A DNA stretch of 64,000 nucleotides. Origin: an uncultured Candidatus Saccharibacteria bacterium. Its GTDB lineage: Bacteria > Patescibacteriota > JAQUNI01. Position numbers and translations under genes: made by a program. The stretch lies in NCBI GenBank assembly GCA_964555185.1, contig CAZKRD010000002.1:120438-184437 (forward strand). Direction: 5' to 3'. The notes beneath the pieces were generated by a model, which saw nothing but the letters and a program-made list of their open reading frames with translations, made no database searches and was not told the origin of the DNA. Shown one piece after another: positions 56,798 to 64,000 of the stretch (positions within the stretch are counted from its first letter, which is position 1; each line of letters starts with the position of its first letter).

Positions 56798-56873
56798 ATT
56801 TTTATTTTATAAATCAAACAATAGCAAAAAACTTTTTCGAAATTTAAAACTCGAAGTTTTTTAAATTTAAGAA

Positions 56874-57029
56874 TTATTTACAGCAACAGGTTGTTTTGTA
56901 GCAGTCACACTTTGGCGGACAGGTACAGTTTTCGACAGTTTCTCCGCAATCGCAGGGACACATCTGGGAGCTTTTTTTATTCTTTTTTTTATCCGAAAGA
57001 GACTTGGGGTTGCAGATTCTGCAGGACAT
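56874..57029 (-). CDS. Cysteine-rich small protein (metallothionein-like)
   Basis: MSCRICNPK...CPCDCGETVENCTCPPKCDCYKTTCCCK has about 13 Cys in 51 aa. The longer track ORF begins in an (AATTTCC)n intergenic repeat. Confidence 0.35.
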   Translation of the reverse strand: MSCRICNPKSLSDKKKNKKSSQMCPCDCGETVENCTCPPKCDCYKTTCCCK

Positions 57030-57145
57030 AGTAGCATTTTTTAATTTCCAATTTCCAATTCTCAATTTCCAATGAATTTTTAATGTTTAAATTTTCAATA
57101 ACAATAAAATGTTTAAAAATTCATTCATTAAAAATTGAATCAAAA

Positions 57146-57391
57146 TTAAGAATTAAGAATTAATTTATCGATTTTCTCCCGATCAAATCCTAAAATAACT
57201 TCTTCTTTCTTGCCTTTTTCAATAAGGGTTACGGGTACGCCCATTTGGCCTGATTTCTGGATCATTTCTTCTGCCGCCTTCTGATCTGCGGCAATATTAA
57301 TCTCTTGAAATTCGATTTTATTTTGCTTCAAGTACTCTTTTAACAGAACGCAGTGGGGACAGACAGGCGTGGAGTAAATTTTAATTGTCAT
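57146..57391 (-). CDS. Glutaredoxin/NrdH-like redoxin
   Basis: CPHC active site in a thioredoxin fold. 81 aa. Confidence 0.7.
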   Translation of the reverse strand: MTIKIYSTPVCPHCVLLKEYLKQNKIEFQEINIAADQKAAEEMIQKSGQMGVPVTLIEKGKKEEVILGFDREKIDKLILNS

Positions 57392-57601
57392 ATCGTTCTT
57401 GGTTTTCTAGTTTAACCAATATTATTATAGCATATTAATTATAATTGTAAATAAAAATAAGAGATGGCATATGCTCGTTTATTTATCCTTAGCGAGGAGT
57501 ATAAAGCGTTTACATATGCCATCTCTGGAGACTACGAGAGCGATCTTGACGATCTCGGATTTAGTCTCTGTTAGTCAAGGATTGTATAGGATTTTCGATT
57601 A

Positions 57602-58687
57602 TTAAAACAATTCTCGCGCTAAATCCCAGTAAGCATCATTCCCCTCTTCTTTTTGCCAAGACCACCATTCTACGCCCCAGAGATAAACTTCGGTAAAACC
57701 GCATTGCTTGCTGTAATCTATAATTTCCTGAAATTTTTCCGGGGTCATTGTTTTGGCGATGATTTCGGGGGCTAAGGTTTTAATATCTCCGTGGACCCAG
57801 GGTTCAGCCTGTTGTTCTGAAACAATCACGGGTTTATTGCCGAAAAGAAGGCGCATCAAAGCAACCTTGCGCTGATAAAAAATCGCCGGGATGCGATATT
57901 TCATATAGCCCAAAACCCGGTTATAGACATATTTATATAAAGAAGTGCCAAGGATATCAGCGCGGCGGAATTCGCCGACCCACAAAGAAAGCTCGCCTGA
58001 TGAAGTGAGCATAATCGGTCGGTTATCTAAGGCCCGTACTAATTCGATTTCTGAATCAAAAAATTCCTTGTCTAATTTTGGACAGTTGCCAAAAGAGTGG
58101 AAAAAGAAAGGTTCATTCTCTACTTGCCAGATTTTAATTCCTTCTTTATCTCTATATCGTTCAACAGTTTTTTGAATGATTTCTAAAAGTTCAGTTTGCC
58201 TTTTTTCTTCTTCCAGATTTTTTGCCCATTCTGGGATATGGCATTCGGGCCAGCGCGGCAGTTTTTGGCCCAGAGCCAGAATGATTTCCGCGTTCGCTTT
58301 CTCTGCTTCTTCAATCTGCCAGTCCAATTCAGAAAAATCATAGTTATCTTTTTCTGTCTCGATTAAATCCCAGTAAGCAACTAATCTAAGTTTTTTTACT
58401 TTAAGATCGTGGAGGATCTCCCGGAAGACTTGTTGGGGATCCTGATCATAACCGCGCACGCTTTTAGTAGAAAAAGTAACACCGTACTCAACCTGTTCTG
58501 TTTGTTTTGGAATCCCAATTACAAAATAACCAAAACCCAGAGCCAAGAAACTGAATATTGTTGAGAGAGTTATTATTAAGCAAATTTTTAGGTAACCAAA
58601 AAACAGAATTTTGCATTTTGAATTTTCATTTTGATTTTCCCTCGACCTGAGGCTCAGGACTCGAAGGTTGATTTTTGATTTTTGCAT
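57602..58687 (-). CDS. Membrane-anchored glycoside hydrolase, clan GH-A ((beta/alpha)8)
   Basis: The catalytic acid/base motif WQVENEP. One N-terminal TM helix. The first ~25 codons are encoded by a GC-hairpin repeat and CAAAATG words. The start overlaps the EamA stop (TAATG). Confidence 0.5.
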   Translation of the reverse strand: MQKSKINLRVLSLRSRENQNENSKCKILFFGYLKICLIITLSTIFSFLALGFGYFVIGIPKQTEQVEYGVTFSTKSVRGYDQDPQQVFREILHDLKVKKLRLVAYWDLIETEKDNYDFSELDWQIEEAEKANAEIILALGQKLPRWPECHIPEWAKNLEEEKRQTELLEIIQKTVERYRDKEGIKIWQVENEPFFFHSFGNCPKLDKEFFDSEIELVRALDNRPIMLTSSGELSLWVGEFRRADILGTSLYKYVYNRVLGYMKYRIPAIFYQRKVALMRLLFGNKPVIVSEQQAEPWVHGDIKTLAPEIIAKTMTPEKFQEIIDYSKQCGFTEVYLWGVEWWSWQKEEGNDAYWDLARELF

Positions 58688-59580
58688 TATTTGAAGGCCA
58701 GAATCGCTAATCCCAAAGTAATCAGAACCACGGCAATTACTTTTTGCGCGCGGTGGGTTTTAAATTCCTCGGCAAATAATTTAGGCAGTTTTCTTGCTAA
58801 GATTAGAGCAATCAGGATCAAAAAGACGTATTGAATTCCTTGAAGGGCGTTGACGATGGTTACTGATGACGAGAAAATCGCGTAATTCAACATTATAAAA
58901 GAAAGGGCAGCGACTGCGCGTACGCCCAAGTAGCCCACTCCTACTTTCAAGCCCACTTTTTTTGGCGCTTCTTTGATTTGTTTGCGAAAGTGAGGCAAAG
59001 CAAAAATAGCAAGGGCGGCAATAATACTGCCGATCCTGGTCCAGATAAAGCCAGCCCAAAAAGTTCCATTAGTATAGACAAATTTTGTCAAAACAAAAGA
59101 GGCGGCAAAAAAGAAAGCGGCTAAAATGCCCCAGAAGATTCCTTTGCCCGAGAAGATATTATGGCGCCGCCGCTCGGAAGTAATCAAGATGCCGCCTAAG
59201 ATTAATAGGTAAAAAGCAATAAATTGGTTGCCGCTTAACTTTTCTCCCAAAAAAGAATAACTTAAAACAAAAGTAAAGATTGGGATCATTGTGCCGACAA
59301 GCGGGATAACTCGGGAAGTAGGATTTTTTTCAATCGCAAGGTAAAAGAAGACCAAAGCAATCGTAAACAGAATCCCTGCTAAAAGAGCGGTGATAATTGT
59401 TTTGATTTGGGGAGTGGCGGTTGCCAGTGGAATCAGCAAGAGAACAAAAATACTCAAGATTCCATTGTAGAAAGCATAGACCACTGGCGCTTTTACCTCG
59501 CGGGACAAAATATATTTGTCCGCGATAAAAACTAAAGCGGCAAGCAGGTGGGCACAGATGATAAAGAAAAGCCAAGACAT
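58687..59580 (-). CDS. EamA/DMT-family transporter
   Basis: 10 TM helices, 297 aa. Confidence 0.6.
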   Translation of the reverse strand: MSWLFFIICAHLLAALVFIADKYILSREVKAPVVYAFYNGILSIFVLLLIPLATATPQIKTIITALLAGILFTIALVFFYLAIEKNPTSRVIPLVGTMIPIFTFVLSYSFLGEKLSGNQFIAFYLLILGGILITSERRRHNIFSGKGIFWGILAAFFFAASFVLTKFVYTNGTFWAGFIWTRIGSIIAALAIFALPHFRKQIKEAPKKVGLKVGVGYLGVRAVAALSFIMLNYAIFSSSVTIVNALQGIQYVFLILIALILARKLPKLFAEEFKTHRAQKVIAVVLITLGLAILAFK

Positions 59581-59673
59581 GAATTTAAATCAAAAGTCAA
59601 AATGCAAAAATCAAAATGAAAATGTAAAATGTAAAATTTCCTGACGTAAATTATTATTTGGAATTTGTAATTT

Positions 59674-60900
59674 TTATTCGGAATTTATTTGGAATTTGTA
59701 ATTTGTAATTTGGAATTTTTCAATAATCTCCTTATATCTATAAGCCGATTCTCTGGGGGTTCTTTTTTGGGTTTTGTAGTCAATATCCACAAGTCCAAAG
59801 CGCGGAGCAAAGCCGTATGCCCATTCAAAGTTATCGAGTAGTGACCAATGGAAATAACCGTGAACTGGAACATTTTGAGCAAGAGCGCGGCTGATCGCCT
59901 CAATATGTTGTGTTATAAATCGGGGCCGCAGACTATCTTGTTTATCCGCTATTCCATTTTCCGTGATATAGATCGGCAGATTGTATTTTTTTAATTTGAG
60001 GAGAGTTTGATATAGACCTTCCGGATAAATTTCCCAGCCAAGATCAGAAACATTTTGACTTTCGTTCTCGGTTTGATAAAAGGGGCGGTGGAGTGTTGTC
60101 CGGATAAAATCGCGATAGTAATAATTTACTCCCAGGAAGTCGTGATAACCTTTAGTTTTTTTGTAAAACAGATGATTCCAGAATTTGTCAGCCAAGCGGC
60201 AGGCAATTTTATCGAAAAAAGATTTGGCCGGTTCAAAGTAAATAAAGTTTTTAGCAATGCCGACTTGAGCTTCAGGCAGGAGGGCGTGGATTTTGAGGTA
60301 AGCTTTTTTGTGGGATTTGACTAGATTTTTCAATGCCCTTTTAAATTTATGGAAGCTTTTTTCTCCTGGCGGCCATTTCCCCTGCAGATAACCAAATCCA
60401 GCATAGACATTAGGTTCATTAATCGTAATCCAGAGATCAACATAGTCAGAGAATCTTTTGACTGCGGTTTCAACAAAGCGCGTGAAGTAATATCTGCTTT
60501 TGCGGTTTAAAAATCCTCCTTTTTGAGAGAACCAGAGAGGCAGAGTAAAGTGATGCAGAGTAAGCATAACCCTCAAGTCCCGTTCCCGCAGGGCCTTTAA
60601 AACAGCAATGTAGTGATTTATTTCTTTTTCAGAAAATTTTCCTTCTTCTGGTTCAATCCTGCTCCATTCTAAAGACAGCCGATGCGTGTTGTGGCCTAGA
60701 CTTTTTGCCAAATCAAAATCCTCTCGGAATAAATTATAATGGTTGCAGGCTTCCCCTGAAGATTCTAGATTTTTGTGAGTCTGTTCCCATTCCCACCAGT
60801 CATTGTTGCGGTTATTCCCTTCAACTTGATGAGCGGAAGTCGCCGCGCCCCAGAGGAAATTTGAAGGAAAGTTTTTTAATTTTTCTAACATATTGTTCAA
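59674..60900 (-). CDS. Glycoside hydrolase family 1 beta-glucosidase
   Basis: FLWGAATSAHQVEG, TINEP (acid/base), ITENG (nucleophile). 408 aa. Confidence 0.85.
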   Translation of the reverse strand: MNNMLEKLKNFPSNFLWGAATSAHQVEGNNRNNDWWEWEQTHKNLESSGEACNHYNLFREDFDLAKSLGHNTHRLSLEWSRIEPEEGKFSEKEINHYIAVLKALRERDLRVMLTLHHFTLPLWFSQKGGFLNRKSRYYFTRFVETAVKRFSDYVDLWITINEPNVYAGFGYLQGKWPPGEKSFHKFKRALKNLVKSHKKAYLKIHALLPEAQVGIAKNFIYFEPAKSFFDKIACRLADKFWNHLFYKKTKGYHDFLGVNYYYRDFIRTTLHRPFYQTENESQNVSDLGWEIYPEGLYQTLLKLKKYNLPIYITENGIADKQDSLRPRFITQHIEAISRALAQNVPVHGYFHWSLLDNFEWAYGFAPRFGLVDIDYKTQKRTPRESAYRYKEIIEKFQITNYKFQINSE

Positions 60901-61050
60901 AATCTTTAATTTTTAATTTGTAATTTTTATTTAATTTCCCTCGACCTAAGGACTTCGGCTGAGCTCAGTCGAACGCCCTCGGGACGAAGGTTTATTTTTT
61001 ATTGTTTAGAAATTAAGAATTGCAAATTCAACAAAAATTAAAAATTACCC

Positions 61051-61233
61051 TTAGATTCCCCTAAATAACCCCCCTAAGATTAAAAGTAATGGTGCGCCTA
61101 ACAGCGCATAGATCCCAACCTCATAATCAACTTCCAAAAGAGGCAGAGAAACAACTGTTCCAGAAATACCAACAATCAACAGTCCCAAGGCGGCAATTAA
61201 AGTAATTAAACGAGGAGGGCTGATGAAATTCAT
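61051..61233 (-). CDS. Small membrane protein
   Basis: 60 aa, 2 TM. Its stop overlaps the next start by 4 nt. Confidence 0.25.
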   Translation of the reverse strand: MNFISPPRLITLIAALGLLIVGISGTVVSLPLLEVDYEVGIYALLGAPLLLILGGLFRGI

Positions 61234-61430
61234 ATGATTTTCAGAATTGAACTAATAAAAAGAAGGATTGTAGAAATGATTAAAGTCCAAATCACTGTCC
61301 AATCAGGGAGAGGCAGCCAAAAATAGGCAATAAGAGCAAAGAGCCACAAACCAATGCCGATAATTAGGGTTGGCGTACGCGGCGGATTCAATCTTTTTTT
61401 GAAAAAAGAATAGAGTTGATTAATTTTCAT
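61230..61430 (-). CDS. Small membrane protein
   Basis: 66 aa, 2 TM. It overlaps the NUDIX gene stop by 4 nt. Confidence 0.25.
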   Translation of the reverse strand: MKINQLYSFFKKRLNPPRTPTLIIGIGLWLFALIAYFWLPLPDWTVIWTLIISTILLFISSILKII

Positions 61431-61909
61431 TTTGTAATATCTATTTTGTGTTTCAATATTTTCTCACCTTTTGAGTCGAAAACAAATTCGGCTTTCAGAT
61501 TTTTACCAGCAAGTACCTTGGGCAGCCAGAGAGAATCATCAATCCACATTTTAGCATAAGGAATTTTACTAATTGGCACCCATTGGGGCTTCATCTCTTC
61601 TGACTCTTTAGGTTTCCCCTGCCATTTATCAATCAAAAATACATGGCACTCTTGATTCCAGTTTTGATCTTCAGGGGCATCATAAAATAGGAATTTTAGC
61701 ACAGCTCGCTGTTTGTAGGCCAAGGGTTTTACACCAATTTCCTCCTTTATCTCACGGATCATGGCTTCATCGATACTTTCTCTTTTGCCTTCTTCTATTT
61801 TACCACCACAACCATTCCATTTTCCGGCTCCAAATCCCCTTTTCTTCATTGCTAAGAGAATCTGATTTTCACGGATTAAGAAAGCGAGTGTTGTTTTTTG
61901 CAATTTCAT
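61427..61909 (-). CDS. NUDIX hydrolase (MutT-like)
   Basis: NUDIX box GGKIEEGKRESIDEAMIREIKEEIGV. Confidence 0.7.
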   Translation of the reverse strand: MKLQKTTLAFLIRENQILLAMKKRGFGAGKWNGCGGKIEEGKRESIDEAMIREIKEEIGVKPLAYKQRAVLKFLFYDAPEDQNWNQECHVFLIDKWQGKPKESEEMKPQWVPISKIPYAKMWIDDSLWLPKVLAGKNLKAEFVFDSKGEKILKHKIDITK

Positions 61910-61920
61910 GTTGTGTTGAT

Positions 61921-62937
61921 TTACTTTGCAAATTTAATAAAATATTCTTTAGGTTTTAGTTCGCTTAAAATAAGCGATCCCCAATTCTTGTCAGTGTCTG
62001 ATAATCTTTTAATCCCTTCCTTATCTTCGTATAGGGGATCGACAACCCGTGATTTGCAGAAAAGAGAGCTTCCATTCTTTTCAGGGTCATTCATAGGCTC
62101 AATTTTGTTATTCATCCTATCATTAAGAAGCTTCAATCTTTTGTCCTGACTCAAATGAGGCGTGATTTTTTTCAAGACTTCCTGGTCTGTTTTATACAAA
62201 TCTACTTTTTTTATATATTTTTTTTCGAGCGCGTGCTTTAAATAATCCCCAACAGTTTTAAACATTACAGCAGTAGAGAATGCGGCATAGTAAGAGGTAT
62301 TCATTTGGTAGAAAATTTTGGCGAATTCTTTACCGCTTTTAAAATTTCTGAAAACCCATTGTTGATTCTCGACTCGCAAATTATCCAAAAAATAATCTAT
62401 TCGAATTTTGCCTGCTATTTTATAGAAAAAAGCGTCTCTTAACAGATAATCAATTCGGTCAGCACAGAGATCAGGTAAGAGTTTTTCTTTTAAGGGGAAA
62501 TTGGTATCGTCTAAGATATAATCAAGATCAATTTTGTTTTTTTTCAAAATTTTTGCGACTTGAGAGTTCTTGATAAACTCCGGCATCAGGTCGTCTTGGT
62601 GTGATTGGTTTTTCTGGGACTCTTGAGAACCCAAGACAAAATCAATGCAATGCGAAAAACAAGAATGCGAAATATCGTGAATCAAACCCGCGATTTGTTC
62701 AAGTGGCGGCGCGCCAAAATTTTTTAATAAAATATAAACCCCCATGGAATGTTCAAACCGGTTGTGTTTTAGGGGATCAAAGGCAAGATCGCGAAGATTG
62801 GAAAGTTCATAGTATAAATCACCATAGCCGATTTGGTTGATTCCTTTTAGTCTTTGCAGTTCCGGGGTTTTAATAAGATCCAAAATAATCCTTTTTTTGA
62901 TTTCTATCTTTCCATAAATAGAATCTTGGTAGATCAT
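61921..62937 (-). CDS. HD-domain metal-dependent phosphohydrolase
   Basis: ...FEHSMGV...AGLIHDISH... Confidence 0.6.
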   Translation of the reverse strand: MIYQDSIYGKIEIKKRIILDLIKTPELQRLKGINQIGYGDLYYELSNLRDLAFDPLKHNRFEHSMGVYILLKNFGAPPLEQIAGLIHDISHSCFSHCIDFVLGSQESQKNQSHQDDLMPEFIKNSQVAKILKKNKIDLDYILDDTNFPLKEKLLPDLCADRIDYLLRDAFFYKIAGKIRIDYFLDNLRVENQQWVFRNFKSGKEFAKIFYQMNTSYYAAFSTAVMFKTVGDYLKHALEKKYIKKVDLYKTDQEVLKKITPHLSQDKRLKLLNDRMNNKIEPMNDPEKNGSSLFCKSRVVDPLYEDKEGIKRLSDTDKNWGSLILSELKPKEYFIKFAK

Positions 62938-63509
62938 AACACATTAACATTAAACTTTTCTAAGCTCTGAACAAGAGAGCTTAGGGGTAGGCCGACAACA
63001 TTAGAATAGTCTCCTTCAATTTTTTGAATTAAGAGTTGGCCAAGCCCCTGAATACCGTAAGCGCCAGCTTTATCTAAGGGTTGGTCGGTTTTGATATAAT
63101 TTTTGATCTCTTGAGGTTTTAGCTTGCGGAAATAGACTTTGGTCTCGATTGCTTTAGATAAGTTTTTTTTGGTTTTAGTGTCAATGATTGTATAGCCAGT
63201 GATTACAGAATGAACCCTTCCGCTCATTTTAGAAAGCATGGCAAAAGCGTGTTTTCTTGAGCGCGGTTTGCCCAAGATTTTATTCTGGAAAGCAATCAAA
63301 GTATCTGCCGCGATCACAATTGCGTCTTTTTTGTTTTTAGCAACAGCGCGAGCTTTGCCTTGGGACATTGTTACGGCTAGCTTTTTAGGCGTTAATTTTT
63401 TTGTTAAATCTTCTTCATAATCACTTTCTTCAGTAACAAAAGGCAAACTTAAAATTTTAAACAATTCCCTCCGTCTTGGTGATCTAGAACCTAAAATTAT
63501 TTTACGCAT
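62934..63509 (-). CDS. maf: Maf-family nucleoside triphosphate pyrophosphatase
   Basis: ILGSRSPRRRELF...IAADTLI... Maf signature. 191 aa. Confidence 0.8.
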   Translation of the reverse strand: MRKIILGSRSPRRRELFKILSLPFVTEESDYEEDLTKKLTPKKLAVTMSQGKARAVAKNKKDAIVIAADTLIAFQNKILGKPRSRKHAFAMLSKMSGRVHSVITGYTIIDTKTKKNLSKAIETKVYFRKLKPQEIKNYIKTDQPLDKAGAYGIQGLGQLLIQKIEGDYSNVVGLPLSSLVQSLEKFNVNVL

Positions 63510-63680
63510 AATGATAATTTGTCTATTTTATTATACCAAATTTAACTATTTATGGGAAAGAAATTTGATTAAAAAATGATTCCATGTTTTAATATAGTTT
63601 CTGAAAGTTCTTTGTTAATTGCTTTGTTTTTTTTGAATTTCTTGGGTTCTTTTGAACATTAGAGGAAGGGAAAGTGAGCT

Positions 63681-64000
63681 ATGCGCACATTGATTAAAGC
63701 AGAATTAGTTATCATTGCAATGGTTGCTGGGGGATTCCTCATGAACATGAATTGTATTATAGGAATACAAGAGACTTCAGAGGAACTGGATCTTATCTTA
63801 GCTTTCCAAAGTGGAGTGGTTATCATTTTGATCAGTATCTCGATATCCATTTTGATTTTTTGCAAAATGAAAGATCTGATATATATTCGCGAAGTAGGCA
63901 GTGTAGTATCTGGTTGTTTAGCATTATTGGTTGTCACTCTCTTTGCGGGCAAGTATCAATTACAGCCGCCATATAGGCTGTGGGCAACCATTGGTGGAAT
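63681..64000 (+). CDS. Hydrophobic membrane protein, N-terminal part (the gene runs off the right edge of the window)
   Basis: An ATG at 63681 is preceded by AGGAAGGGAAAG. The reading frame stays open to the window end, encoding MRTLIKAELVIIAMVAGG...ILISISISILIF.... It is not in the ORF track because it has no stop codon in the window. Confidence 0.35.
   Translation, partial: MRTLIKAELVIIAMVAGGFLMNMNCIIGIQETSEELDLILAFQSGVVIILISISISILIFCKMKDLIYIREVGSVVSGCLALLVVTLFAGKYQLQPPYRLWATIGG

Noticed and set aside
63659-63976. Track ORFs 63659..63952 (-) and 63752..63976 (+)
   Set aside because: Both overlap a longer plus-strand open frame starting at ATG 63681 with an upstream Shine-Dalgarno-like sequence. 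That frame encodes a coherent hydrophobic membrane protein and continues off the window. The two track ORFs lack motifs.

Overview
This 64-kb window comes from a low-GC (~38-40%), tightly packed bacterial genome. Most genes lie on the minus strand. The gene content (group 3b NiFe sulfhydrogenase, RtcB, many glycosyltransferases, many small membrane proteins and few regulators) is consistent with an uncultivated Patescibacteria/CPR-like organism, but there is no rRNA gene in the window to confirm this.

Layout:
- ~1-21.4 kb and ~26-40 kb: a very large cell-surface glycan biosynthesis locus. It carries three class-B (B12-binding) radical SAM enzymes, two SAM methyltransferases, an AsnB-type amidotransferase (plus a second one truncated at the left edge), a UDP-glucose dehydrogenase, a UDP-glucuronate decarboxylase, a complete dTDP-rhamnose pathway (rmlA, yqeK-rmlD fusion, rmlB, rmlC), 10 glycosyltransferases, a Wzx-like flippase, an O-antigen-ligase-like protein and a Wzz-like chain-length determinant. 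A putative cobalamin-uptake pair (ECF S-component-like protein plus a DUF4430 lipoprotein) and an MTA phosphorylase/adenine phosphoribosyltransferase pair are embedded in it.
- 37.1-39.5 kb: a GC-rich (~50%) island encoding lipoproteins and a beta-rich secreted protein.
- 40.5-46.3 kb: htrA, valS and ddl.
- 46.7-53 kb: a hypA-like gene and the four sulfhydrogenase subunits. The operon is interrupted by an EamA transporter, a hypothetical gene and a repeat element.
- 53-57.4 kb: a redox/repair block (trxB, fpg, rtcB, ferredoxin, a Cys-rich peptide, an NrdH-like redoxin).
- 57.6-61 kb: two glycoside hydrolases and EamA transporters.
- 61.4-63.5 kb: a NUDIX-HD-Maf nucleotide house-cleaning trio.

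I found no tRNA, rRNA, CRISPR array, transposase or integrase.

The most unusual signal is in the non-coding DNA. Most of the longer spacers are built from reiterated AT-rich 6-9-bp 'words' and their reverse complements, giving long imperfect hairpins. There is a ~175-bp MITE-like element in three copies; two inverted copies flank the rmlB-NUDIX cassette and the third splits the hydrogenase operon. A small GC-rich hairpin element occurs three times, once nested inside the MITE-like element. A short GTCATTGC...GCAATGAC element sits upstream of two unrelated genes.
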